DNA of 57,163 nt, the filler included, from Candidatus Limnocylindrales bacterium (GTDB taxonomy: Bacteria; Moduliflexota; Moduliflexia; Moduliflexales; JAUQPW01), in the NCBI GenBank assembly GCA_035559535.1. It is 6 parts of 6 records of this genome, joined end to end, with 100 filler letters (N's around TTAATTAATTAA, not from the genome) between each part and the next. Parts side by side here need not be neighbours in the genome. Positions count along the whole stretch, not along the records: positions 1 to 14,696 come from DATMBG010000019.1; positions 14,797 to 27,268 come from DATMBG010000024.1; 4 more parts are not named here. One strand, written 5' to 3'. Positions 9,774 to 21,326 of this stretch are shown in pieces. Position 1 is the stretch's first letter, and every line of letters starts with the position of its first letter. Under the pieces are notes generated by a model, which had not been told where the DNA came from, ran no database searches, and saw nothing but the letters and a program-made list of their open reading frames with translations. The translations under genes and the position numbers were made by a program.

Positions 9774-12700
9774 GCGGAATGGGTCATGGGTCTCGGCTCA
9801 GTAATCACATGTGTCTGGGCAGGTTCAGATTTTTGTAATCCTTGCTTCTTTCTCTTGCTCAGATAGTAAAATATGGGTACGGTCATACGAGATAACAATA
9901 ATGAAGCGACTTCTCCGGCCATGAGTGAGATGGCTAAGCCTTGAAAGATAGGATCAAAAAGCATAACGGCGGAGCCGACAATGACTGCTGCTGCCGTCAG
10001 CATCATGGGACGGAAGCGAACGGCTCCAGCATCTACAACCGCATCAGCAAGGGACATACCTTGCTGTAGTCGGAGTTCAACAAAATCAACCAGGATAATG
10101 GAGTTCCGCACGACGATTCCGGCTCCAGCAATGAACCCAATCATGGAAGTTGCCGTGAAAAAGGCATCCCATAATCCATGGGCAGGTAATATCCCAACCA
10201 GGGAGAAAGGGATTGCAGTCATAATGGTAATCGGGGTTTTGAAGGATTGAAACCAGCCGACTACTAAAATGTAGATGAGAATCAGCACTGCCGCAAACGC
10301 TAAACCGAGATCTCGAAACACCTCATAGGTGATGTGCCATTCCCCATCCCACTTCATAGCAAACTTGTCTGTAATAAAAGGTTGCTGTGCGACATAACGT
10401 TCGAGTCCATATCCTTCAGGTAATCTCAACTGATCGAGAGCTTCGTTGAGTTTGAGAATAGCATAAACTGGACTCTCCTCTTGCCCGGCAACATCACCGG
10501 TTACATAAACTACGGGCATCAGATTCTTGTGATAGATACTCTTGTCAGCCACTTGCTGTTCGATCCGTACCAATGCACTCAAGGGAACAAGGTTTCCTTG
10601 TTGGCCTAAGACCTTGATATGCTTCAAATCCTCCACACTGGAACGCTCTTCTCGGGGTAATCGGAGCAGTATAGGAACATCCTCCTTCTCTTGTGGTTGA
10701 TGCAATAAGCCGATCTTTGTTCCTTCCAAAGCAATTCGGAGCGTGGTGGCAATCTGTTCAGTTGATATACCATTTAAAGTGGCTTTCTCTTTGTCGACAA
10801 CCCAACGATATTTGACCTGATCATCCTCGACATACCAATCCACATCCACAACGCCTTCAGTCTTATCAAAAATATCTCGGATCTGACGGGCGATTTCTAT
10901 CTGACGTTGATAATCTGGACCGTAAACTTCAGCAACTAATGTTTGAAGGACCGGTGGGCCAGGTGGAACTTCAGAGACTTTTATTCGAGCCTGATATTTA
11001 GCAGCTATCCGTTGGAGATCTGGACGTACTCGCTTCGCAATATCATGACTTTGTGCCTTTCGCTCACTTTTGGACGTAAGATTAACCTGAATATCCGCTA
11101 CGTTAGAACCACGTCGCAAGAAGTAATGACGAACGAGACCGTTGAAATTGTAAGGGGAGGCTGTGCCAATATACATTTGATAATTGACCACTTCAGGTAC
11201 AGTCCGGATATAATCTCCCAGCTCGTAGGTCACGCTGGCTGTTTCTTCAAGAGTCGTTCCCTCGGGCATATCAATAATCACTTGAAATTCACTTTTGTTA
11301 TCAAATGGCAACATTTTTACACGAACCCATTTAACTGCTAAAAGTGACAAAGAAGCCAATAGTAACATAACAACGATAGCTAAAAATCCGTAGCGCCAGA
11401 GAGGATTGTGAACGAGCCGGGTCATCACACGACGATAAAGTTGCGTAGACCATCCCTCCTCTGCATGAATAGTTCCTCCCTCTCGTTTAAGCAGACGCAA
11501 ACTAGCCCATGGCGTTACAATGAAAGCAACAAGGAGTGAGAATATCATCGCTGCAGACGCCCCTACTGGAATCGGGCGCATATACGGCCCCATTAACCCT
11601 CGAACAAAGGCCATAGGAATAATAGCACTAATTACGGCAAAGGTAGCCAGGATGGTAGGATTTCCTACCTCGTCCACAGCTTCGACAGCAATATCCAACA
11701 TTGAGCGTCCATGATTTTGCGGTAAATGATAATGACGGACTATATTCTCCACAACAACAATAGCATCGTCTACTAAAATACCGATGGAGAAAATTAAAGC
11801 GAAAAGCGTAATACGATTGAGGGTATAGCCATAAAGGTAGAAAACCGTCAGAGTTAAAGCCAGGGTGACAGGAATAGCAATAGCTACAATGCCAGACTCG
11901 CGTAATCCAATCGTTAACCAAATCAAAGCTGAAACGGAGATAATAGCAATAAACATGTGGAACAGTAACTCATTGGATTTCTCCTGAGCTGTTTCACCAT
12001 AGTTGCGCGTAATAGAAACCTGGACTTCGCCCGGGATCAATGTTCCCTTTAAGTGGTTCACTTTTTCAATAACCTGATCAGCTATCTTAATGGCATTAGT
12101 TCCCTTACGTTTTGCAATTGAGATAGTAACAGCCGGATAAACCGATTTTAATTCAGATTTTGAACCCTTCGACCTTTCAGAGGTATTCAAGATGCCACTT
12201 TCGACTTTGGATTCTGAACTTTGTTGACTGGACGCAGGTCCTATGCCGAACAGCACATAATCGGTAGGTTCCTCAGGACCGTCTTCTATTTTAGCTATAT
12301 CACGCAAATAAACAGGTCGGTTGTTGGCGACACTCACAACTACCTTGCCGACTTCTTCAGAAGTTGTCAAAAATCCCCCTGCCTCGACCAGAAATTCTCG
12401 ATTACCAGAAGAAAAACTACCTGATTGCAGTTGTTGGTTCGCCTGCTCCAATATGGGAACAACAACTGCTGGAGCGAGATGATAAGCGGCCATCTTCGCA
12501 TCATCAAGGGTGACCAGAACTTGCCGCCGTTGACCCCCAATGATTTTCACTTCTGAGACATCGCTAATCTCTTTAATTTGATCATGAACCTGAGCCGCTA
12601 TGCGTCGTAGCATAAAGTGGTCATAACGATCACTCCAAAGCGTCAGGGCCAGTATAGGGACATCATCAATCGAGCGTGGCTTGATAAGCGGTTGGCTTGC

Positions 12701-13087
12701 ACCGGGAGGGATCAAGTCAAAGTTAGCGAACATCTTTTGATTAAGCCGCACAATACTATTCTCTTCATCCTCACCCACATAAAACCGGACTATCGCCAAA
12801 GCATAACCTGGTGCCGAAGTCGAATAAATATACTCAACCCCAGGAATTTCCCAGAGCAGCTTCTCCATGGGTTTAGTTATACGTTCCTCGACTTCCTTAG
12901 CCGATGCCCCGGGCATTTGTACAAAGACATCAATCATCGGCACTATGATTTGTGGTTCTTCTTCTCGTGGGAGCAACAGCACGGCACCTATACCAAGCAA
13001 TATAGAAGCCACAATAATGAGTGGTGTCAATTTGGAGTCAATGAAGGCTTGCGCTACTTTTCCAGCGAGTCCAAGTTTTTCTCTCAT
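9770..13087 (-). CDS. RND efflux permease (AcrB/AcrD/AcrF family)
   Basis: 1105 aa with [23 protein letters not shown] and RFRPMMLT transmembrane motifs. Confidence 0.95.
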   Translation of the reverse strand: MREKLGLAGKVAQAFIDSKLTPLIIVASILLGIGAVLLLPREEEPQIIVPMIDVFVQMPGASAKEVEERITKPMEKLLWEIPGVEYIYSTSAPGYALAIVRFYVGEDEENSIVRLNQKMFANFDLIPPGASQPLIKPRSIDDVPILALTLWSDRYDHFMLRRIAAQVHDQIKEISDVSEVKIIGGQRRQVLVTLDDAKMAAYHLAPAVVVPILEQANQQLQSGSFSSGNREFLVEAGGFLTTSEEVGKVVVSVANNRPVYLRDIAKIEDGPEEPTDYVLFGIGPASSQQSSESKVESGILNTSERSKGSKSELKSVYPAVTISIAKRKGTNAIKIADQVIEKVNHLKGTLIPGEVQVSITRNYGETAQEKSNELLFHMFIAIISVSALIWLTIGLRESGIVAIAIPVTLALTLTVFYLYGYTLNRITLFALIFSIGILVDDAIVVVENIVRHYHLPQNHGRSMLDIAVEAVDEVGNPTILATFAVISAIIPMAFVRGLMGPYMRPIPVGASAAMIFSLLVAFIVTPWASLRLLKREGGTIHAEEGWSTQLYRRVMTRLVHNPLWRYGFLAIVVMLLLASLSLLAVKWVRVKMLPFDNKSEFQVIIDMPEGTTLEETASVTYELGDYIRTVPEVVNYQMYIGTASPYNFNGLVRHYFLRRGSNVADIQVNLTSKSERKAQSHDIAKRVRPDLQRIAAKYQARIKVSEVPPGPPVLQTLVAEVYGPDYQRQIEIARQIRDIFDKTEGVVDVDWYVEDDQVKYRWVVDKEKATLNGISTEQIATTLRIALEGTKIGLLHQPQEKEDVPILLRLPREERSSVEDLKHIKVLGQQGNLVPLSALVRIEQQVADKSIYHKNLMPVVYVTGDVAGQEESPVYAILKLNEALDQLRLPEGYGLERYVAQQPFITDKFAMKWDGEWHITYEVFRDLGLAFAAVLILIYILVVGWFQSFKTPITIMTAIPFSLVGILPAHGLWDAFFTATSMIGFIAGAGIVVRNSIILVDFVELRLQQGMSLADAVVDAGAVRFRPMMLTAAAVIVGSAVMLFDPIFQGLAISLMAGEVASLLLSRMTVPIFYYLSKRKKQGLQKSEPAQTHVITEPRPMTHSA

Positions 13088-13150
13088 CTTAAATTAAGCG
13101 ATAAGTAACGGGTGATGAGTGACAAAAACTAATGATTCATCACTCATTAC

Positions 13151-14389
13151 TTAATTAGAAGCCAATGGTGCATTTGTGGATCGCACCTGGCTTCCGTCAT
13201 CCAATGCTTCAATACCTTCAACGACAACCTGATCCCCATCATTGAGTCCTGACAGAACCTCTACGCGGTCGCCGTATTGTTTTCCAGTCTTAATAAGTCG
13301 TAGACGAGCTATATGAGATGAATCCACGACATAGACATTAGTAAGTTGACCCCGTTCAATAATAGCCTTTTGCAAAACCATTATCACCTCCTTATGGCCA
13401 AGACTAAAATGAGCCCTACCAAAAAGCCCTGAACGTAGAATTTGCGGAGTATCGGTTTCCTTTGTTTCTGTTGGGAGATCTATCTTTACAGTATAACTGC
13501 GACTCGCCGGATCTGAAGCAGGTACAATCTCCGTAACACGACCCTCCAGCTCTTTATCTCCAAGGGCATCTATGCGTACACGGACGGGGTCTTTCAGATG
13601 AATCTTTCCTATTTGCGATTCTTCTACAGAAGCTTCAAGTCGATACTGCGTATCATCTTCAATGGTAAGAAGCGGTACCCCCGGTACGGCAAGAAAACCC
13701 ACATCGATTTGCCTGGCAGTCACAATCCCAGAGATGGGAGAAGTAATCCTTGTATAACCTAGATATATTTGAGCATTAGCGACATCAGCCTTTGCTTGAT
13801 CAATTTTTGCCAATACCTGGTTTTTCTTAGCCATCACAGACTGAAGGACTTTGTTAGCCCTGTCTACTTCAGCATCTGCCATTCTGTACTTAGCCTGTGC
13901 CTCATCGAACTGCTGCTGACTGATTATCTGACTTTCACGAAGAGACTTATAACGATCGAAGGTCGAGGCCGCGAGGGCCTTGTGGGCTTCAGCAGCTTCC
14001 TTACTGGCTTCTGAGGCCCGAATAGTTCGCTCCACCTCCTCAAGCGCGTCTTGGGCTTCACGCAACCCTGCCTGCGCTTTCTGAAGTTGGGCCCTTGCAT
14101 CGCGATCATCGATTTCAATCAATAATTGTCCGGCACGTACACGATCTCCTTCATGAACATGTATAGTCTTAACATACCCTATGATCTTTGAGGACAAAAC
14201 GCTGGTCGTTTTCGATCGAACGGTTCCTATAGCTTCATAATAACCTTCTATGGGAGATAACCTTACTGTTTCAACTTTCACATCTTTAACCGTAGAAGTT
14301 TTCTCTGGAGTAGCTTTTTCCTTCTCTCCACAGGAAGTTACTAAGATACCAAGTAAGTTTATTAAGGGGATAACTGTTTTCTTTCGCAT
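13151..14389 (-). CDS. RND efflux periplasmic adaptor (MFP) lipoprotein
   Basis: Lipobox VTSC, VHEGDRVRAGQLL, ITSPISG and VEVLSGL; directly upstream of the RND permease. Confidence 0.93.
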   Translation of the reverse strand: MRKKTVIPLINLLGILVTSCGEKEKATPEKTSTVKDVKVETVRLSPIEGYYEAIGTVRSKTTSVLSSKIIGYVKTIHVHEGDRVRAGQLLIEIDDRDARAQLQKAQAGLREAQDALEEVERTIRASEASKEAAEAHKALAASTFDRYKSLRESQIISQQQFDEAQAKYRMADAEVDRANKVLQSVMAKKNQVLAKIDQAKADVANAQIYLGYTRITSPISGIVTARQIDVGFLAVPGVPLLTIEDDTQYRLEASVEESQIGKIHLKDPVRVRIDALGDKELEGRVTEIVPASDPASRSYTVKIDLPTETKETDTPQILRSGLFGRAHFSLGHKEVIMVLQKAIIERGQLTNVYVVDSSHIARLRLIKTGKQYGDRVEVLSGLNDGDQVVVEGIEALDDGSQVRSTNAPLASN

Positions 14390-14696
14390 AGATATTCTCT
14401 CTCAAAAATCCTTCAATAGTAGAAAGTAAGATAAAAGATACAAATAGCGCGGCCATCTTACTATCTCCCTATGCAAGGGCAGGCTTTTAGGGGTATCTTT
14501 TTCAGACCCGACCCCTCTAACTCCCCGCCCCCACCCCCTCTCCCTCCCCGTCCACAGCTTATCTTTACCCACATTTTTCGATTTGGGAGGATGGGTTCAA
14601 AACGGTTAGTAGGTCAACCGTCCCGGTTGACCCACCTTGCAAAAAGAGGGAGCTTGCCCTCACGAAGGAGATTCAATGCATTTCGCTACTCAACCA

Positions 14697-14796
14697 NNNN
14701 NNNNNNNNNNNNNNNNNNNNNNNNNNNNNNNNNNNNNNNNTTAATTAATTAANNNNNNNNNNNNNNNNNNNNNNNNNNNNNNNNNNNNNNNNNNNN
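14697..14796. other. Artificial contig linker
   Basis: 100 nt of N around TTAATTAATTAA, which gives stops in all six frames. Confidence 0.97.
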
Positions 14797-14915
14797 CGGG
14801 AGGCCTCCCGCCCCTACAGAGGGGGAACTGGGGGGCTAGGGGGGAATGGGGGTGAGGGGAGAGGGGTCGGGGGTGAGGGCCACTTAAACGTTAAACAAAA
14901 CTAAGTAAACAGTGT
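14797..14915. mobile_element. Right half of a MITE-like element
   Basis: Ends in CAAAACTAAGTAAACAGTGT, identical to the right terminal repeat at 40723-40742; G-rich hairpin arm. Confidence 0.7.
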
Positions 14916-15122
14916 AGTAGAATATCTTGTTGCCGGCGTCTTGTTCAGGGTTTCGCCTCCCTGCCGTTGGTTTCAGGTTTGAACAGCCCCGGCAGAGCTA
15001 AAAAGGGGCCTGTTTACCCGGGTTCGACCTTTTTTACTCGTTCTCAAGTTAAACGACGTTGAGGTTCCGCCCGGGAATAAGAAAAAAGGGGTCACGAACC
15101 CGAAATAGGAGCCTGAGGAATC

Positions 15123-17312
15123 ATGATCTGGTTGAACCGTTACAAAAGAGTTTCAGGAAAGTGTATTTTTAGCATCCTGATCTCCTTGCTGGCCGGTATC
15201 CTGCTGGTATCAGATAATTCCTCATTGCCGGCCACGGAACGCTGGTTCCCACCTTTGGAGATCAAAGCAGGTCTTTCCTCGGTTTTTGGTGACTTTCGGG
15301 AAACCCATCTTCATAGCGGAATTGATTTTCGAACCAACGGTCAGATCGGTTATAAAGTTTTTGCAGTAGACGACGGAGTGATTTATCGTCTCTCGGTTCG
15401 GAAGCGAGGATTTGGAAAGGCCCTTTACATCCGGCATAGAGATGGCATCGAGAGTGTCTATGCTCACCTGGACAAATTTGAGGAAGAGCGGCTGGGGTTG
15501 GAAACTTTTGTCAAACAAGCCCAGCGAAGCCAGGGAACCAAATATCCCGGTGACTTATTTCTGGAGAAGGCGGTTAGACGGGGTCAGCTCATTGCCTTCT
15601 CAGGCGAGACGGGGGCCGGATTACCCCATCTCCATTTCGAACTCAGAAGAGGAGGTGGAAATCCCCTGGATCCCTTCTCCCTCGGCTTTTATTACTTAGA
15701 TGAAACACCTCCGGTAATCGAAAGGGTCGTGATGGAACCTGTGGGGTCTGGATCTTATGTGGAGGGGGAACATGATCCCCGGGAATATAAATTTGAGAAA
15801 GCAGGTTCTGAATATACCCTGCGGGAAGTACCTGAGGTGTCGGGGCGTATTCAGTTTCGGGCAGCCATGTACGACCAAATCGGGGCCGAGAATCATTGTA
15901 GTGTACAGGCCATGCAGTTGCTCATCGATGGAAAACCCCTGTATGGAGTCCGTTTTGATACCTTTACTTTTAAAACCAACCATCGGGTGGGTCTGATCTA
16001 TGACTTCAATAAAACCCGCTATTATCCGGCCCAATATTATTATAAGCTTTACAATCCCTATGGTCATATGCCCTATGCAAAAAGTTTTAACCGAAAGGGA
16101 GGTATCTGGGACACAGATCAGGAAGCCGAAGGTCTTCATACCGTCGAGATTCAAGCAGAAGACGCCGTTGGTCATAAGGCTGTGGCTACTTTTAAGGTCA
16201 GAGTCGTTCACGAAGTAGAACGTGTAAATGTCTCACCCCGTGAGAACCCGGAAGTACGGAGACGCGGAGACAAAGCGCAGGCTATACAACAGAGTATCAG
16301 AAGCCCGGCAGGCACGGCTATGGAACCCAACTCTTCTCGGCCTTCCAGGGCTCCCGGATCGCTTCAGGGAATAACCGTCGGTTTGCGTGATTTTGGAAAT
16401 TTTATTGAGATTGTGATTCTTCCCGGCATGCCCTTGAGTACCTTCCCTGAAGTAATCGTACAACAAGAGGGTGGGGAAAAAGTCCAGGTTCCGGTTCGTC
16501 AGATTGGATCTTCCGATTCAAAGAGGCCGGGTAGATTTGTGGGAACCTATGATTTAATTCCAGGATTGGATGGACAGGCCGAGATTACAGTTTCCGGAAC
16601 AGACCGGTCGGGAAAGACTTATCAAGTCCGCGAATTCTTCCTGGTCCAAACTATTTTTGCCCAGAAGGGTGGGACGGCCCGTTGGGGGGAAGATACGTTT
16701 ATCTCCTTCCCCCCAGGGGCTCTCTACGAAGATACCTTTATTACCATTGTTCCCGAAACTGATTATCAAGAAGAAGCCGATTTGCCACTGGTTTCTCCGG
16801 TTTACGAGTTTCGTCCTCGTGGAATACCCCTGGAGCGGAAAGCAACGGTTGGAATCCGCTATCCGACCCAGATCCAGGATCTCAAGAAGTTGGGGGTTTA
16901 TCGCTGGGACCCCCTCCAAAGGCATTGGGATTATCTGGATGACCGGCTTAATCTCCCTCATCGAACCGTCTCTGCCGAAGTCAATTTTTTGGCGACCTAT
17001 GCCCTTCGTATAGATAATGCCGTTCCGGTTATTTCCGATCTTCGACCCGCTCCTGACAGTAAAGTCAAGGGCACTCTTTCTGAAATCTCTGCCATTATTA
17101 AAGATCGGGGTAAGGGCGTGGATGAAGATTCTATCCTTATGGAACTGGATGGGGTTCGGGTAGAGGCCGAATACGACCCCGACCGTGACAAAGTAGCCTT
17201 TGTGCCGGAGCGACCTTTAAGGCCGGGTAAACATACCCTCAGAATTCAAGCTTCGGACCTTGCCGGAAATAAAGCAATCCCGGTTCAATCGGAATTCTGG
17301 GTGGAACCTTAA
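15123..17312 (+). CDS. M23 family metallopeptidase with C-terminal Ig-like domains
   Basis: Signal peptide, HSGID (HxxxD), YAHL and PHLHFE (HxH) zinc motifs. Confidence 0.88.
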   Translation: MIWLNRYKRVSGKCIFSILISLLAGILLVSDNSSLPATERWFPPLEIKAGLSSVFGDFRETHLHSGIDFRTNGQIGYKVFAVDDGVIYRLSVRKRGFGKALYIRHRDGIESVYAHLDKFEEERLGLETFVKQAQRSQGTKYPGDLFLEKAVRRGQLIAFSGETGAGLPHLHFELRRGGGNPLDPFSLGFYYLDETPPVIERVVMEPVGSGSYVEGEHDPREYKFEKAGSEYTLREVPEVSGRIQFRAAMYDQIGAENHCSVQAMQLLIDGKPLYGVRFDTFTFKTNHRVGLIYDFNKTRYYPAQYYYKLYNPYGHMPYAKSFNRKGGIWDTDQEAEGLHTVEIQAEDAVGHKAVATFKVRVVHEVERVNVSPRENPEVRRRGDKAQAIQQSIRSPAGTAMEPNSSRPSRAPGSLQGITVGLRDFGNFIEIVILPGMPLSTFPEVIVQQEGGEKVQVPVRQIGSSDSKRPGRFVGTYDLIPGLDGQAEITVSGTDRSGKTYQVREFFLVQTIFAQKGGTARWGEDTFISFPPGALYEDTFITIVPETDYQEEADLPLVSPVYEFRPRGIPLERKATVGIRYPTQIQDLKKLGVYRWDPLQRHWDYLDDRLNLPHRTVSAEVNFLATYALRIDNAVPVISDLRPAPDSKVKGTLSEISAIIKDRGKGVDEDSILMELDGVRVEAEYDPDRDKVAFVPERPLRPGKHTLRIQASDLAGNKAIPVQSEFWVEP

Positions 17313-17439
17313 AACCAGGAGACTTTGGGAATGTGGGACGCAGGAATATGGAGAAGGTGGGAGTATAGGGGTGTGGAAGTTCTATCTTCTACCCCCACAC
17401 TCCCATACATCCCTTTGTCCGAAAGTCCCCATCCTAAGA

Positions 17440-17742
17440 TCAGAGATTCAACGCCATAGCCCGAATGGTGGGTCGATCCAGGCGCCCGGTGACCCGAAGA
17501 TAATGCCGATACTGGTACTTCCGAATAGCCTCCCGTGTGGCGGGACCCAGAATTCCGTCAATAGGCCCATAATATAACCCTTCTGCCCGAAGGACCCTCT
17601 GGGCTGCCTTAATGGCAGCTCTTGAATGATAACCCCTATCAACGATAATGACCCGGGTTCTGGGATGTGCTGACGCGACCGAGGGTGCTACCACCGAAGA
17701 AAGAAGGAGCGCCAGCAGTAAGATGATGATATTTTTCTTCAT
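17440..17742 (-). CDS. Secreted peptidoglycan-binding domain protein
   Basis: Signal peptide, QRVL...YGPIDGILGPATREAIRKYQ...LRVTG PG_binding_1 pattern, and AGGAGG RBS. Confidence 0.85.
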   Translation of the reverse strand: MKKNIIILLLALLLSSVVAPSVASAHPRTRVIIVDRGYHSRAAIKAAQRVLRAEGLYYGPIDGILGPATREAIRKYQYRHYLRVTGRLDRPTIRAMALNL

Positions 17743-18069
17743 AGCTTATTCCTCCTGGACTCGCCTGCTCAGGAATCAGAACTCAGAAGCCATACCAGCC
17801 TGCCCGATATCCGATAACCGGATTTGGCCTTTCCCCTGACCTTCAGAGAAAAGAGCCTTGACTTAACGCCATGGCTCCAACCCGGAAAAGGGTCAGGGTC
17901 AGCTTATTTTTTGAAGCAAAAGTCTGCCGTTTTCCAGCTTCTGAGTTCTGACTCTCGGGTTTCTAACCGGTTATTCTCCTTCAGTCATTTTTTCCCACGC
18001 TTGTGGCAAAAGTTTTGTTTATGGATCTATCTCTTAAGATGATGGTTTCTCTCATTAGTTTCATCGTTC

Positions 18070-18333
18070 TTAAAGCCCGGTAGGGCATCCTCCCGGTGGA
18101 GCCGGAATAATATCTCCATGGCGCCGATGCGAATCCAAGGCATTGGAACTGATAGTAATTCTTCTATAGGGGTTTTCTTTAGAGCCCGTCCTATGGCAAA
18201 TCGTTACTTTATGCCCGGTTGGGCTCGATATCTTTTTCTTTTTTCCGGCAGCCTGGACCTGGAAACTGAAGGAGGATAATACAGCCACCACCAGAATGCC
18301 TATCACCGTTACTTTCCAAATAAGCTGTTTCAT
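18070..18333 (-). CDS. Small secreted protein with KVTICH...HxxHGD...C motif
   Basis: AAGGAGG RBS before ATG 18333, signal peptide ending VQA, compact Cys/His motif. Confidence 0.75.
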   Translation of the reverse strand: MKQLIWKVTVIGILVVAVLSSFSFQVQAAGKKKKISSPTGHKVTICHRTGSKENPYRRITISSNALDSHRRHGDIIPAPPGGCPTGL

Positions 18334-18533
18334 CCAAAACCTCCTTTTTGAAGGAAAAAACTGCAGGAAATACCTCTTTTTCACAGAAGCTTCAGTTTTT
18401 TAAAATTCTACCGAAAGTTTTTACCGGAGATTTTACCGAATCTGATAAATAAGACGTAGTTACCCAGGGATTTGTTCCCAACGGGAAAGGTTGGCCGAAG
18501 GAGGCTTTTGGCTAAAAATTTTAAAAAAATCCC

Positions 18534-18563
18534 TTGACGGATTGATAAATTTTGTTCTATACA
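18534..18563 (+). promoter_or_regulatory. Possible sigma70 promoter of the lasso operon
   Basis: TTGACG-N18-TATACA about 50 nt upstream of ATG 18612. Confidence 0.4.
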
Positions 18564-18611
18564 GGACAAACAAAAATTAAGGGATACGTTTAGAGAAACG
18601 GGGTTTCCAAC

Positions 18612-18911
18612 ATGGAGAATCCTCTATACAGATACTCAGTTGTTGTAGCAGTTAAAGACCTGGTTTCCTGCGAGCTGGCCGGGGAGATGGTTATCCTGCA
18701 TCTCAAGGATGGGATATATTACGGTTTGAATCCTGTAGGGACCCGGATTTGGAATCTTATCCAGGAACCGACAACCGTGGACGAAATTCGTGGAGTCCTT
18801 TTGAGGGAGTACGACGTTGAAGAGGAGCGTTGTGAGCGTGATTTACTCGTGCTGCTTCAGGAGCTGGCAGGCAAAGGTCTCATCGAGGTAAAGAATGAAA
18901 CGGTTGTATAG
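18612..18911 (+). CDS. Lasso peptide RiPP recognition element (B1, PqqD family)
   Basis: GEMVILHLKDGIYYGLNPVGTRIWNLI...EYDV...DL..LL.EL...GLI PqqD pattern. Confidence 0.92.
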   Translation: MENPLYRYSVVVAVKDLVSCELAGEMVILHLKDGIYYGLNPVGTRIWNLIQEPTTVDEIRGVLLREYDVEEERCERDLLVLLQELAGKGLIEVKNETVV

Positions 18912-19335
18912 GTTCTTGTCCCTTCCCTCTCGGGATCGACATCTCCTGATTAAAGCTGCGCTTCTGCTTGGGGTAATCCGGTTAGGGTTATGGTTGCTGG
19001 CCTTTCAAACCCTGCAAGGTCTTCTTCTGAGAATACGATGGAAGTCCGCAAGGTTACGAGAAGCCGATCCTTTATCCCTTGAGCGGATTGCCTGGGCCAT
19101 CCGGGTGGCCGGTCGGTATGTACCTGGAGTGACCTGTCTGATTCAGGCTCTGGCCGCTCAGGTACTCCTTGAGCAGGAAGGTCATCCTGCTTGCCTTCGC
19201 ATCGGTGTTGCCAAAGACAAAAATGGGCGATTGCAGGCCCATGCCTGGACTGAGAGTGGGGGTAAGGTCGTGGTAGGTGGCGGAAATCTGTCCTCCTATA
19301 CGCTGTTATCTACCCCGGCTGGGAAAAAGTTATGA
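18895..19335 (+). CDS. Lasso peptide leader peptidase (B2, transglutaminase-like)
   Basis: TCLIQALA catalytic Cys, LRIGV, and AHAW catalytic His; overlaps B1 and C. Confidence 0.92.
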   Translation: MKRLYRFLSLPSRDRHLLIKAALLLGVIRLGLWLLAFQTLQGLLLRIRWKSARLREADPLSLERIAWAIRVAGRYVPGVTCLIQALAAQVLLEQEGHPACLRIGVAKDKNGRLQAHAWTESGGKVVVGGGNLSSYTLLSTPAGKKL

Positions 19336-21227
19336 GTGCCATCGTTGGGATTTACTATCCTGATAACCGGCCTGTAAATTCCCTGCATCTGGATCACATG
19401 TTAAAAAGCCTGGCCCATCGGGGACCCGACGGTGCGGGGGCATGGCAGGAAGGACCGATGGGTCTCGGCCATGGAAGGCTGTGGACGACCCCGGAGTCTG
19501 TTCACGAAAAACTTCCCCTGGCAAACAAGACCGGGGATTTTATCCTGACTGCCGATGCCCGCATTGATAATCGCAACGAGTTGATAGCGACCCTGGAGAT
19601 TACCGACCCACCGTCCAACGAAATTACCGATGGTGAGTTGATTCTCAGGGCCTATGAGCAGTGGGGTGAACACTGTCTAGAGAAGCTGTTAGGAGACTTT
19701 GCCTTTGCTCTTTGGGATCGCAGAAGGCAGGTATTATTCTGTGCCCGGGATCCCTTTGGCGTTAAACCTTTTTATTATTATCATTCTGATCGGATCTTTG
19801 CCTTTGCCTCTGAAATTAAAGCACTTCTTTGTCTTCCAGAGGTACCACGACGGCTTAACGAAGTAAGGGTAGCCGACTACCTGGTATCGATCCTGGAGGA
19901 CAAGATTATTACCTTTTATCGGGAAATTTTCCGTCTTCCGCCGGGTCACTGTATGACCGTAGACCGCGAGAAAGTATCGATACACTCCTACTGGTCCCTG
20001 GATCCCACCCATGACATCCGCTACGGTTCAAACGAAGAGTATGCCGAAGCCTTCCACGATCTCTTCAGGGAAGCAGTTCGTTGTCGTCTGCGAAGTGCTT
20101 TTCCCATAGGCTCAACCTTAAGCGGAGGGTTAGACTCCTCCTCCGTTGTCTGTATGGCCCGGAAAATCCTGGCCCAGGACCATAGCCGGGGATTACAGAC
20201 GTTTTCTGCCATCTTTGATACGGTTCCCCAATGTGACGAACGGCCGTTTATCAATGCCGTTCTGGCTCAGGACGGATTAAAGCCGCACTATATTCCTGCA
20301 GATAGGTTGAGCCCTTTAACCGATCTGGAACGTATGTTTTGGCATGAGGATGAAGCCTTCTACACCCCTAATTTATTCATACACTGGGGCCTATACAAGG
20401 CCGCCCATCAACAAAATGTTCGAGTCTTTCTGGACGGTCTGGATGGGGATACCACCGTGTCTCATGGTCTTTCTTTGTTAACCGAACTTTTCCGTGCCGG
20501 AAAATGGTACTCCCTGATCATGGAAATTAAGGATCTCTCCCGGTATTTTAATCGCTCACCCTGGCGGCTTTTTCGAATGTATGTTCTTAGACCCTTCACG
20601 CCCAAACCGATACGACAGGTTTGGCGGGTACTCCGGGGACGGGCCCGGCCGGATTGGATGGTCGGTACGGTTATTAACCCTTATTTTGCCTCCCGTATCG
20701 GCCTGACAGAGCGTTACCAAACCTTGCTGAAGGGACACCTGGATGTGGCTTACTCTTCAAGAGAGAATCACTGGAGACGGCTCACGGCCGGTCTTATTCC
20801 CTTTGCCCTTGAAGTTGCCGATAAAGCTGCTGCGGCCTTTTCACTCGAACCCCGTTATCCCTTCTTCGACCGGCGATTGGTAGAGTTCTGCCTGGCCCTC
20901 CCTCCTGAACAGAAACTCTACCGGGGTTGGACCCGAATTATTCTGCGTCGTGCTATGGCCGATGTCTTGCCCGTGGAAGTCCAGTGGCGAAGGGACAAAT
21001 CGAACCTGGCCCCGAACTTCACCCAGGGGCTGTTGGCCTTTGAGCGAGAACGTCTGGAAGAGGTAATCCTGAACAACTCTAACAGGGTCGAGGAATAGGT
21101 GGATATTCCTGCTCTACGTAAAGCTTATCAACAATATCTGGATGAAAGAGATCCTTCCAGTGCCCTTACAGTATGGAAAACTGTGACGTTAGCTTTGTGG
21201 CTCCGCCAGACCGGATTAACTCCATGA
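19332..21227 (+). CDS. Lasso peptide cyclase (asparagine synthetase-like C protein), interrupted by an in-frame TAG at 21096-21098
   Basis: N-terminus MSAIVG lacks the AsnB Cys1. HRGPDG, DARIDNR, SGGLDSS and RYPFFD motifs are present. The frame continues 42 codons after the TAG (VDIPALRKAY...VWKTVTLALWL) to TGA 21225-21227. Confidence 0.88.
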
Positions 21228-21326
21228 ATTCTTTCAGAAAGGAGGTGGAGAAACGGCAACTAAACCCAGTAATTTATAGGAACCCGAGATAACCATCAAC
21301 CCTTTTCATGAAAGGAGTTTAAGACC

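Noticed and set aside
14471-14696. Pro-rich ORF at the end of contig 1
   Set aside because: It is a translation of C-rich and REP-like repeat sequence running into the linker.
14697-14796. Recurring TTAATTAATTAA palindrome within N-runs (five copies)
   Set aside because: It is an artificial six-frame-stop contig linker, not biology.
18004-18019. TGGCAAAAGTTTTGTT as a sigma54 site
   Set aside because: The -12 element is GT rather than GC, and no suitably oriented gene follows.
19332-21098. Asparagine synthetase (asnB) or pyrrolysine-protein call for the cyclase
   Set aside because: It lacks the catalytic Cys1 and sits with B1, B2 and a precursor. The TAG position fits Tyr, and no pyl genes are visible in the window.
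21238-21295. Strong SD (AAAGGAGGT) after the cyclase, a possible second precursor
   Set aside because: No properly spaced ATG/GTG/TTG, early stops and no YxxPxL leader motif.
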